In this document: piece after piece, positions 1 to 6,631 of the stretch
Layout: each line of letters starts with the position of its first letter
How positions within the stretch are numbered: position 1 is the stretch's first letter
Assembly: GCA_022560555.1 (NCBI GenBank)
Contig: JADFSZ010000056.1
Location: forward strand, 1-9,368
Source of the DNA: PVC group bacterium
GTDB lineage: Bacteria; GCA-001730085; JADFSZ01
Reading direction: 5' to 3'
DNA: 9,368 bases
Notes under the pieces: model-generated
Databases searched by the model: none
What the model saw: the letters and a program-made list of their open reading frames with translations, nothing else
Told to the model about the DNA's origin: nothing
Made by a program: the position numbers and the translations under genes

Positions 1-246
1 GTTTTTCCGCTCATCAAGAATGTGACGATATCGCCTTTTGATTTTATTCCTACTGACTGATGTTCTGGTTTTTTTTGAGACAATAATGCCGATGTGTACA
101 TGGGGGTCGTTTTCTTCGTCATTCATGGGTAAAATCGTGTAAACAACAGTATATTTTCCGACATATTTTCGGGCGTGTTGAAAAACAAAATCAAACTCCT
201 TTTTTTTTTTAATAAAACTTATAGTTCTTTGTGTTCTCACGTCCAT
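1..246 (-). CDS. rnpA: Ribonuclease P protein component, N-terminal 82 codons; the gene continues off the left edge
   Basis: Manual minus-strand translation from ATG at 246..244 gives MDVRTQRTISFIKKKKEFDFVFQHARKYVGKYTVVYTILPMNDEENDPHVHIGIIVSKKTRTSVSRNKIKRRYRHILDERKN. The EFxxVF and G(I/V)xVSKK...RNxIKRRxR motifs are the RnpA signature. An in-frame stop lies at 250..252, so 246 is the first possible start. It sits directly downstream of rpmH, the classic rpmH-rnpA order. It is absent from the ORF track because it is truncated by the window edge. Confidence 0.85.
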   Translation of the reverse strand, partial: MDVRTQRTISFIKKKKEFDFVFQHARKYVGKYTVVYTILPMNDEENDPHVHIGIIVSKKTRTSVSRNKIKRRYRHILDERKN

Positions 247-325
247 GCTTTATGCGAGGCCCAATTTCGATGTTTCCTTTTTGCGCATTTTATTTCGGCC
301 TTGTTTTTGAAATGGACGACGACAA

Positions 326-463
326 TCAGGCGGGAGTCAACCGCTTTCGCCCTGCGGCTCGACGACGGGACAGGATCTTTCGTCCGGATTTTGTTTTGGA
401 TCGGGCACGAAAGCCATGCTTGTTGGCGCGTTTGCGTTTTGATGGTTGATATGTGCGCTTCAT
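326..463 (-). CDS. rpmH: 50S ribosomal protein L34 (45 aa)
   Basis: Manual minus-strand translation gives [45 protein letters not shown] followed by TGA at 328..326. This closely matches the L34 consensus ([18 protein letters not shown].vl..RR.kGRk.L). A strong SD, AAGGAGAGGA, lies on the minus strand (plus 471..480), 7 nt before the ATG. The gene is too short to appear in the supplied ORF track. Confidence 0.95.
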   Translation of the reverse strand: MKRTYQPSKRKRANKHGFRARSKTKSGRKILSRRRAAGRKRLTPA

Positions 464-501
464 AGTAAAATCCTCTCCTTCGGCCAAAATGAAAGTCCAT
501 T

Positions 502-530
502 ATCGTATAGAATTTCATGGAACTTGTCAA
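502..530 (-). promoter_or_regulatory. Putative sigma70-type promoter for rpmH-rnpA
   Basis: The minus strand reads TTGACA (plus 525..530), a 17-nt spacer, then TACGAT (plus 502..507), about 40 nt upstream of the rpmH start. The -35 lies inside the palindrome CTTGTCAAGACAAG (523..536). Motif match only. Confidence 0.4.
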
Positions 531-655
531 GACAAGCCCTGTAAGACAAGGCCCTCACCCCCAGAATCATCAACGAGACACTACGAATTATGTAACTTAT
601 TTAATAAAAGAGAGTTGTCCGTATATTGCTGACATTAAAAGCATTATATTGTCCA

Positions 656-664
656 TGTGGATAA
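656..664. promoter_or_regulatory. Perfect DnaA box (TGTGGATAA)
   Basis: Exact 9/9 match to the reverse complement of the TTATCCACA consensus. It sits in an AT-rich non-coding spacer upstream of rpmH. Confidence 0.6.
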
Positions 665-785
665 TTCCAAAAAATCGCTCTTTCTTCCGTCGAGAAGGAA
701 AACGTTATATCATATATCTAGCTCATAAATAATGAGTTATGGTTTATTTAAACTTTTAGTTTGCGCTTTTTTGATCGCTTTTGCC

Positions 786-805
786 TGTTGATAAAGTGTT
801 GATAA
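786..805. promoter_or_regulatory. Two tandem DnaA-box-like sites (TGTtGATAA x2, one mismatch each, 11-bp period)
   Basis: The sequence reads cTGTTGATAAagTGTTGATAAg. The boxes are at 786..794 and 797..805, and each is 8/9 to TGTGGATAA. They are direct repeats one helical turn apart. Confidence 0.4.
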
Positions 806-873
806 GTGTGACTTTCCGAAAATTTGTCCTTCGAAAACACTCTAAGCTCATAACATCCGAAGGGCGTTCTGCC

Positions 874-902
874 TTGTCAAACGAAGGGCTTAGGTCTATA
901 AT
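874..902 (+). promoter_or_regulatory. Putative sigma70-type promoter for the MBL-fold hydrolase gene
   Basis: TTGTCA (874..879), a 17-nt spacer, then consensus TATAAT (897..902). This would give a ~70-nt leader before the ATG at 982. Confidence 0.5.
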
Positions 903-981
903 GCCACCTTTATCACACGCGGCTTAAATTCTTGATTCTTTTCGTCGGCTTACTTCGTCGCATTATATATGGGAGTTTTAT

Positions 982-1821
982 ATGATTATTCGTTGTTGGG
1001 GGTCACGCGGATCCATAGCCGTGTCCGGAAAAGACACCCTTCGATACGGCGGAGACACAACATGCCTCGAGGTGGAATCTATTGAGGGGGACATCCTCGT
1101 TTTGGATGCCGGGACAGGGATTCGTCGTCTGGGAAATAGACTAAAAAAGGACGGCGTTAAAACAGTCCACATTTTGTTTACTCATGCGCACTGGGATCAC
1201 ATTATCGGGTTTCCCTTCTTTAAACCGCTTTTTGATCCTCAGATGAAGATTTTTTTATACGGAGGAAGGGTTTCTCACGCGCCTGTTACGGATTTTGTCA
1301 AAAAAACGATGTGTTCTCCCACCTTTCCGATTCCCATGGACGAGGTTCATGCAACGGTTGAGAGTAAGGAAATCGCCGAAGAATCGTTTCAAATTCAGAA
1401 TCTAACCATAACCCCCATCTGCTTGAATCACCCCAACGGCGGATTTGGGTATAAAATCACCGAGGATCAGACAAGCTTTGTTTTCCTCACAGACAATGAA
1501 TTGAATTTTTCTCATCCGGGCGGGTATCCCCGGGATACATATGTTTCGTTTGCCGAAAATTCTGACCTTTTGATCCATGATGCTGAGTTTTGTCCCGATG
1601 AATACAAGGCCACGCGAGGATGGGGGCACTCTTGCTATACCGATGTCACCCAGTTAGCTATCGATGCTCAGGTGAAAACTTTAGGTCTTTTTCACCACAA
1701 CCAAGATCGCACCGATGAGGACCTCGACCATATTCTGCAAGAATGCCGGAATGAGATTCAAGCAAAAAAATCTTCTGTCGTATGTACAGGGGTTAAACAA
1801 GGAGATGTCTTTCAATTATAA
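982..1821 (+). CDS. MBL-fold metallo-hydrolase (Lactamase_B_2 / PhnP-RNase Z-like superfamily); substrate unknown
   Basis: 279-aa ORF. GGGAG SD at 971..975, 6 nt before the ATG. It carries the HxHxDH metal-binding motif (THAHWDH) and the family-typical N-terminus WGSRGS...YGGDTTC...LDAGTG, with later H/D ligands (LNHPNGG, IHDAEF, FHHN). Confidence 0.85.
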   Translation: MIIRCWGSRGSIAVSGKDTLRYGGDTTCLEVESIEGDILVLDAGTGIRRLGNRLKKDGVKTVHILFTHAHWDHIIGFPFFKPLFDPQMKIFLYGGRVSHAPVTDFVKKTMCSPTFPIPMDEVHATVESKEIAEESFQIQNLTITPICLNHPNGGFGYKITEDQTSFVFLTDNELNFSHPGGYPRDTYVSFAENSDLLIHDAEFCPDEYKATRGWGHSCYTDVTQLAIDAQVKTLGLFHHNQDRTDEDLDHILQECRNEIQAKKSSVVCTGVKQGDVFQL

Positions 1822-1901
1822 ACTTTTAATCGTAGAAGCTCGCGCGCGATAGCTTCAAGAGAAGTTCAAGACAAACCAAAGGTAAAAAACCAAAGAGGAG
1901 A

Positions 1902-3713
1902 ATGATGACAAACAATAAGGAACTGAAGCAGTGGGTTGATGAAGTGGGACGTCTTTGTGAAGCAGATCATATTGTTTGGTGTGACGGGTCCGATAAACAA
2001 TACGCTGAAATGATCGAACGTCTTGTCAAAAGCGGAAGCGCCAAAAAACTCAATCCCAAGAAAAGACCCAACAGCATCCTCGTTCTCTCAGATCCGGCCG
2101 ATGTTGCGCGCGTGGAAGATCAAACATTCATCTGCTCCAAAACAAAAGAAGAAGCGGGCCCAACGAACAACTGGGCGGATCCGGCCGAAATGAAAACGAA
2201 ATTATCCGATCTGTTTAAAGGCTCCATGAAGGGCCGTACCCTGTTTGTCATTCCGTTTTCCATGGGCCCTATCGGATCTCCCATTGCCCACATTGGGGTT
2301 CAGCTTTCCGACTCTCCCTACGTTGTGGTGAATATGATGATTATGACACGTGTCGGAGCCGCGGTGCTCGATGTTTTGGGAGAGGAAGGAGAATTCGTGC
2401 GTTGTCTGCATTCTGTGGGGTACCCCTTGGTCACAAAAGATGGCTCCCAGAGACCGGATATTCCTTGGCCATGTGACGCTGAAAATAAATTTATCACGCA
2501 CTTTCCCGAATCAAAAGAAATTTGGTCGTATGGGTCTGGTTACGGCGGAAACGCCCTTTTAGGCAAAAAATGCTTTGCTTTGCGTATCGCTTCAACTATG
2601 GCACGCGATGAGGGCTGGCTTGCCGAGCATATGCTGATCTTAAAAATCACAAATCCTGAAAAAGAAGTTCGTTATATCGCCGCCGCGTTCCCCTCGGCAT
2701 GCGGAAAAACCAATTTAGCCATGATGAATCCAACGATTCCTGGGTGGAAGATCGAGTGTGTTGGAGATGATATCGCCTGGATGAAATTCGGCCCGGATCA
2801 ACGTCTCTACGCGATTAATCCGGAAGCAGGTTTTTTTGGCGTCGCGCCGGGAACAAGCATGGAAACAAATCCAAACGCGATGAATTCGTTCAAAGAGAAT
2901 GCAATTTTCACAAATTGTGCGCTTACGGATGACGGCGATGTTTGGTGGGAGGAAAAAGATTCGACACCGCCCGACCATCTCATCGATTGGAAAGGCCAAG
3001 ACTGGACCCCGGACTGCGGCCGTAAAGCCGCGCATCCTAACGCGCGTTTCACAGCCCCGGCCAAGCAATGCCCGGTCATCGCTCAAGAATGGGAAGACCC
3101 TAAAGGAGTGCCCATCAGTGCCATCTTGTTTGGGGGACGAAGAGCCTCAACCGTTCCTTTGATATACGAAGCCTTTAACTGGCAGCATGGAACCTTTTTG
3201 GGTGCCACCATGTCGAGTGAAAAAACGGCCGCCGCCGCCGGGAAAGTCGGGGAACTTCGCAGAGATCCTATGGCCATGCTTCCGTTTTGCGGCTACGACA
3301 TGGGAGACTATTGGAAGCATTGGCTCAAGATGGGAGAGATCGGCAAAGAAAATATGCCTAAAATCTTTTACGTGAACTGGTTTCGTAAAACAGATGACGG
3401 TAAATGGCTCTGGCCCGGCTTTGGAGAAAACAGCCGTGTTCTCAAATGGGTTTTCGAAAGATGTGCCGGCCAAACCGGCGCGGAAGAAACTTCTATCGGG
3501 TTTTTGCCGACAAAAGACAGCTTAGATCTCTCCGGCTTAGATATTTCCGACCAGGATCTTGATGTTCTCTTAAGCGTTAACCCTGCCGAATGGAAGGACG
3601 AGATTCCAAAAATACAAGAGCATTTTGAAAAATTCGGATCACGTCTTCCCAAAGAGTTAGCCGAAGAGCTGGATCGGCTCACGGATCGGCTCAGCTCCGT
3701 GGCAAAGACATAG
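1902..3713 (+). CDS. pckG: Phosphoenolpyruvate carboxykinase (GTP)
   Basis: 603-aa ORF with the GTP-PEPCK kinase-1a P-loop FPSACGKTN, plus the [18 protein letters not shown] and FGGRR motifs and the typical length. The SD AGAGGAG (1894..1900) lies very close to the ATG at 1902, so the second ATG at 1905 may be the true start. Confidence 0.96.
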   Translation: MMTNNKELKQWVDEVGRLCEADHIVWCDGSDKQYAEMIERLVKSGSAKKLNPKKRPNSILVLSDPADVARVEDQTFICSKTKEEAGPTNNWADPAEMKTKLSDLFKGSMKGRTLFVIPFSMGPIGSPIAHIGVQLSDSPYVVVNMMIMTRVGAAVLDVLGEEGEFVRCLHSVGYPLVTKDGSQRPDIPWPCDAENKFITHFPESKEIWSYGSGYGGNALLGKKCFALRIASTMARDEGWLAEHMLILKITNPEKEVRYIAAAFPSACGKTNLAMMNPTIPGWKIECVGDDIAWMKFGPDQRLYAINPEAGFFGVAPGTSMETNPNAMNSFKENAIFTNCALTDDGDVWWEEKDSTPPDHLIDWKGQDWTPDCGRKAAHPNARFTAPAKQCPVIAQEWEDPKGVPISAILFGGRRASTVPLIYEAFNWQHGTFLGATMSSEKTAAAAGKVGELRRDPMAMLPFCGYDMGDYWKHWLKMGEIGKENMPKIFYVNWFRKTDDGKWLWPGFGENSRVLKWVFERCAGQTGAEETSIGFLPTKDSLDLSGLDISDQDLDVLLSVNPAEWKDEIPKIQEHFEKFGSRLPKELAEELDRLTDRLSSVAKT

Positions 3714-3743
3714 ATAAAAAACCACAGGGAAGCAAACAAAACG

Positions 3744-4415
3744 ATGAAAAGGATCCGAAGAATTGCTGTTTGTGTTTTGCTTGTTATGATCAGCTTCCCC
3801 CATCTTTCTTGGGCGCTTGATCCTATACGAAGCGAAAGAATAAGGGGAACGGTCCAAATTGTTAAAAACAACGGGGAGACCTCTTGGCTCAAACACGGAG
3901 AATCCCGTGCTTTTGAAGTCGGCGACCATATTATCACGGGCAAAACAAACAATATTGAACTGAACCTACACAACGAAAACTATATTCGCGTATCCCCTGA
4001 AAGTAAAATCGAAATTATAAGACACGCTCAAGACGCTATTAAAATTTATATACACTATGGAGACGTCTTGGTGCGAATGAAGGCGACAAAAAAAAATCCT
4101 CCTTTCTCATTTGAAACCCGGGACGGGACAATTCATATCACAGGAGAGAAAGGTACCCATGCTTTGATTTGGTCTCATGAGGATGGATCGTTAGCCGGCG
4201 TAGCCTATGGCACGCTGATGGTTGAGGCAAGTGAAGGTTTTGTTGATATTCCTTCCCGTCACTCTCTTCGCTTTTCAAAAACCACGCCCTTAAGCGCTCC
4301 GAGCCCAAATAATGACAACATCCGCAGTCGTATTAACCAGGTGAGCTTGATTGGAGATTCTAAATCCGCCACATCTATCTTGGAAGGATCCCATCGAAGA
4401 AGTCGTAGCCGATAA
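3744..4415 (+). CDS. Secreted FecR-domain-like protein of unknown function
   Basis: 223-aa ORF. The N-terminus MKRIRRIAVCVLLVMISFPHLSWA looks like a Sec signal peptide. The segment GTVQIVKNNGETSWLKHGESRAFEVGDHIITGKTNNIELNLHNENYIRVSPESKIEI follows the FecR-domain pattern (G.v.v....W......l..GD.i.Tg......l.l.....i.l.p.S.l.i). The family call is by eye only. Confidence 0.6.
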   Translation: MKRIRRIAVCVLLVMISFPHLSWALDPIRSERIRGTVQIVKNNGETSWLKHGESRAFEVGDHIITGKTNNIELNLHNENYIRVSPESKIEIIRHAQDAIKIYIHYGDVLVRMKATKKNPPFSFETRDGTIHITGEKGTHALIWSHEDGSLAGVAYGTLMVEASEGFVDIPSRHSLRFSKTTPLSAPSPNNDNIRSRINQVSLIGDSKSATSILEGSHRRSRSR

Positions 4416-4427
4416 AGTTTTTTCGTT

Positions 4428-4480
4428 AAAAAAGGGTTTTCTCTGAAAAAGGGGCTTTCCCTGAAAAAGGGTTTTCCCTG
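4428..4480. repeat. Three tandem ~18-bp direct repeats, AAAAAGGG(G/-)(C/T)TTT(C/T)C(C/T)CTG
   Basis: Units are 4428..4445 aaaaaagggttttctctg, 4446..4463 aaaaaggggctttccctg and 4464..4480 aaaaagggttttccctg. They are contiguous and end 8 nt before the -35 of the putative tig promoter. Confidence 0.9.
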
Positions 4481-4488
4481 ATCCCCTA

Positions 4489-4516
4489 TTGACCAATACT
4501 AAAACCTATATATAAT
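4489..4516 (+). promoter_or_regulatory. Putative sigma70-type promoter for tig (and possibly clpP-clpX)
   Basis: TTGACC (4489..4494), a 16-nt spacer, then consensus TATAAT (4511..4516). It lies ~75 nt upstream of the tig ATG. Confidence 0.5.
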
Positions 4517-4593
4517 AATACTTCGCTTTGGGTTCGTAATTATCATATGTGATCGACTCATATTCATCATAAACACTTAAAAACAAAAAGATT

Positions 4594-5886
4594 ATGGATA
4601 TCAAACTTACTGAGGTAGAACCGTGCCGCAAGCAGATGCTTATCCAAGTGTCGTCTGAGCGCGTCAAAAATCAAACGGACGAAGTTTGTCGAGAACTCAT
4701 GAAAAGCGTCAAAATCCCCGGATTTCGTAAAGGGAAGGTCCCGCGGCATATTGTAGAGCAGCGTTTCCGTAATGATGTTCAAAAAGAAGTGATTCAAAAA
4801 CTGCTTTCAAAAACATTTTCGGAAGGGATTAAAGAACACGACCTTCACCCCATTGAGCATCCAAATATTACAGATGTCCAACTGGATGAGAAAAAGGGCC
4901 TGTCCTATAAAGCCGTCTTTGACATCTCTCCCGTTTTTGATCTTGGCTCGTACAAGGGGCTGGCCGCAAACAAGCCGATTGTCCTCGTGTCCGATGAAGA
5001 GATTCAAAACACGCTAAAAACGCTTCAAGAGCAAAACGCGCAGTATGTTGCCGTGTCCGAAGACCGGGGGGCGGAGGCGGAGGACTTTGTGATGTGTGAC
5101 TATGTTTTGTCTGTCAACGACACGATTGTTGAACAACGAGAAAATATTTGGCTTGAATCCCTCTCTCATCGCCTGGAGGGCTCTATCAACAAAGAAGCTC
5201 TGGGCTTGAAAAAGACCCAGTCCAAAAAAATTCCTTGCTCGATTCCGGCGAATTATCCAAAAAAGGAATTTGCCGGCCAAAAAGCCTCTTTAGAAATCAC
5301 CGTTAAGGAGCTCAAAAAAAAGGAGTTGGCCCCCCAAGACGATGAGTTTGCCAAAGACATTGGGTTTCCCAGCTTGAAAGATCTCAAAAAAGCGATCGAA
5401 GAAAACATCCACTCCCGTTATGAACAAGACGCGATGGCACGTGTCAGAGCCGAAATTCTCGAAAAACTGATCAAAGCTCATCCTTTTGATGTTCCCTCGG
5501 CTATGGTTCAGCGTCAAATGAAAGGGACCATGAACCGCGCGATGAAACAAATGATGTCAAACGGAATTCCCGAAGAAGAAGCCGCAAAAAACATCAAGTC
5601 GCAGCACGAGGAATACCATAAACACGCGTTACTGACTGTCAAAGAACACTTTCTGCTTCATGCGATTGCGAAAAAAGAGAACATAAGCGTTGCCTCATCA
5701 GAAGTTCAGGAGCGCCTGAGCCTCATGGCAAAACAAACCCATCAAAAAATCACCGAACTGGAAAAAAATCAAAACCTTGTGTATAACGTAGAAGATGATA
5801 TTCTTATGGAGAAAGCGTATGCCGTGCTTGTTCGTCATGCCAAAATCACGGACATCAAGGAAAAAGCTGTAAAGGGTAAAGTGTAA
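4594..5886 (+). CDS. tig: Trigger factor (ribosome-associated chaperone / PPIase)
   Basis: 430-aa ORF. The N-terminal ribosome-binding signature GFRKGKVP sits in ...VKIPGFRKGKVPRHIVEQRF. The length, the domain order and the conserved tig-clpP-clpX synteny all fit. Confidence 0.95.
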   Translation: MDIKLTEVEPCRKQMLIQVSSERVKNQTDEVCRELMKSVKIPGFRKGKVPRHIVEQRFRNDVQKEVIQKLLSKTFSEGIKEHDLHPIEHPNITDVQLDEKKGLSYKAVFDISPVFDLGSYKGLAANKPIVLVSDEEIQNTLKTLQEQNAQYVAVSEDRGAEAEDFVMCDYVLSVNDTIVEQRENIWLESLSHRLEGSINKEALGLKKTQSKKIPCSIPANYPKKEFAGQKASLEITVKELKKKELAPQDDEFAKDIGFPSLKDLKKAIEENIHSRYEQDAMARVRAEILEKLIKAHPFDVPSAMVQRQMKGTMNRAMKQMMSNGIPEEEAAKNIKSQHEEYHKHALLTVKEHFLLHAIAKKENISVASSEVQERLSLMAKQTHQKITELEKNQNLVYNVEDDILMEKAYAVLVRHAKITDIKEKAVKGKV

Positions 5887-5919
5887 TCAGTAAATGGTAA
5901 TTCGTAAATTGTAATTGGT
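5868..5919 (+). repeat. Array of seven phased heptads NGTAA(A/T)N, alternating GTAAA and GTAAT (also a 14-bp repeat)
   Basis: GTAA starts at 5869, 5876, 5883, 5890, 5897, 5904 and 5911, an exact 7-bp period: tGTAAAG gGTAAAG tGTAATC aGTAAAT gGTAATT cGTAAAT tGTAATT gGT. The first three heptads overlap the last tig codons and its stop (AVKGKV*). Confidence 0.9.
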
Positions 5920-5943
5920 CTACATGCTTTGTTTTTCTGCTAT

Positions 5944-6001
5944 TTACAAGTTGCCCTTTACAGCTTTTAGCGATTTACCATTTACCAATAACCAATTACC
6001 G
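5944..6001 (-). repeat. Six copies of the same heptad in inverted orientation
   Basis: aTTTACA (TTAC at 5944..5947) and cTTTACA (TTAC at 5958..5961) are 14 bp apart. Four contiguous heptads follow: TTTACCA 5974..5980, TTTACCA 5981..5987, ATAACCA 5988..5994 and ATTACCG 5995..6001. Reverse complements are TGTAAAT, TGTAAAG, TGGTAAA, TGGTAAA, TGGTTAT and CGGTAAT. Segments 5896..5919 and 5977..6000 are 18/24 complementary. Confidence 0.9.
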
Positions 6002-6034
6002 AATTAAACTTTTTCATTAAAAAGAGGAGGCCTC

Positions 6035-6628
6035 ATGTTAGTTCCTATGGTCATCGAACAATCCGGACGTACCGAACGCGCCTATGATATTTATTCCCGT
6101 TTACTGAAGGACCGTATTGTATTTATCGGCGATGTGGTCAGCGATGTTTTAGCTAATTTGGTTATTGCGCAACTGCTGTTTCTGCAAATGGATGACGCCA
6201 AAAAGGATATCAGCGTGTACATCAACAGCCCGGGAGGATCGGTTACAGCCGGCCTTGCCATGTATGACACGATGCAATACATGCAGTGTGATGTGGCAAC
6301 CTATTGCATCGGACAAGCCGCGAGCATGGGGGCGGTTCTGCTTTCAGCCGGGACAAAAGGGAAACGGTTTGCTTTGCCCAATGCCCGCGTGATGATTCAT
6401 CAGCCCTGGGGAGGGTTTGAGGGCTCCGCGTCCGACATAAACATTCATGCGGCAGAAATCATGAAAATCAAGGAAAAGCTCAACAACATTCTGGCCCTGC
6501 ATACCGGCCAACCCGTCAAAAAAGTCGAAAAAGATACGGACCGTGATTTTTTCATGTCCGCCGAAGACGCTAAAGACTACGGTCTCGTTGATATGGTTAT
6601 TCGTAAGGCAAAAATCCCGGAGAAATAA
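6035..6628 (+). CDS. clpP: ATP-dependent Clp protease proteolytic subunit
   Basis: 197-aa ORF. Strong SD AGAGGAGG (6023..6030), 4 nt before the ATG. N-terminus [23 protein letters not shown]. Catalytic-triad contexts are GQAASMGA (Ser), MIHQP (His) and DTDRDFF (Asp). Confidence 0.98.
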   Translation: MLVPMVIEQSGRTERAYDIYSRLLKDRIVFIGDVVSDVLANLVIAQLLFLQMDDAKKDISVYINSPGGSVTAGLAMYDTMQYMQCDVATYCIGQAASMGAVLLSAGTKGKRFALPNARVMIHQPWGGFEGSASDINIHAAEIMKIKEKLNNILALHTGQPVKKVEKDTDRDFFMSAEDAKDYGLVDMVIRKAKIPEK

Positions 6629-6631
6629 TTT

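Noticed and set aside
175-530. ORFs 175..465 (+, 96 aa), 231..449 (+, 72 aa) and 237..530 (-, 97 aa)
   Set aside because: All three overlap the clearly recognisable rpmH and the rnpA start, either in other frames or on the other strand. None has family-like sequence or an RBS. They are by-products of the Arg/Lys-rich L34 coding sequence.
517-732. 71-aa + strand ORF in the rpmH-MBL spacer
   Set aside because: There is no SD, the region is AT-rich and low in complexity, the ORF contains the perfect DnaA box, and it has no recognisable motif. It is most likely non-coding origin or promoter DNA.
1835-1856. Hairpin GAAGCT-cgcgcgcgat-AGCTTC just after the MBL gene stop, a possible intrinsic terminator
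   Set aside because: The inverted repeat is real, but it is followed by aagagaagttcaag rather than a U-tract. I cannot support calling it a canonical Rho-independent terminator.
2202-3973. Minus- and plus-strand ORFs nested in pckG and the FecR-like gene (for example 2715..3086 -, 3147..3473 -, 3368..3973 -)
   Set aside because: They lie antisense or out of frame within a strongly supported PEPCK gene. They have no motifs and no RBS, so they are typical shadow ORFs.
4428-4480. The tandem repeats as a mini CRISPR array
   Set aside because: The units are contiguous with no spacers, only about 18 bp long, and there are only three. No cas genes are present.
5868-6001. Calling the heptad array a CtsR operator
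   Set aside because: The CtsR consensus is (A/G)GTCAAA-NAN-(A/G)GTCAAA. The heptads here read GGTAAAT/GGTAATT and are contiguous, without the 3-nt spacer. Only the heptad logic and the clpP context are similar, so I report it as an unexplained repeat.
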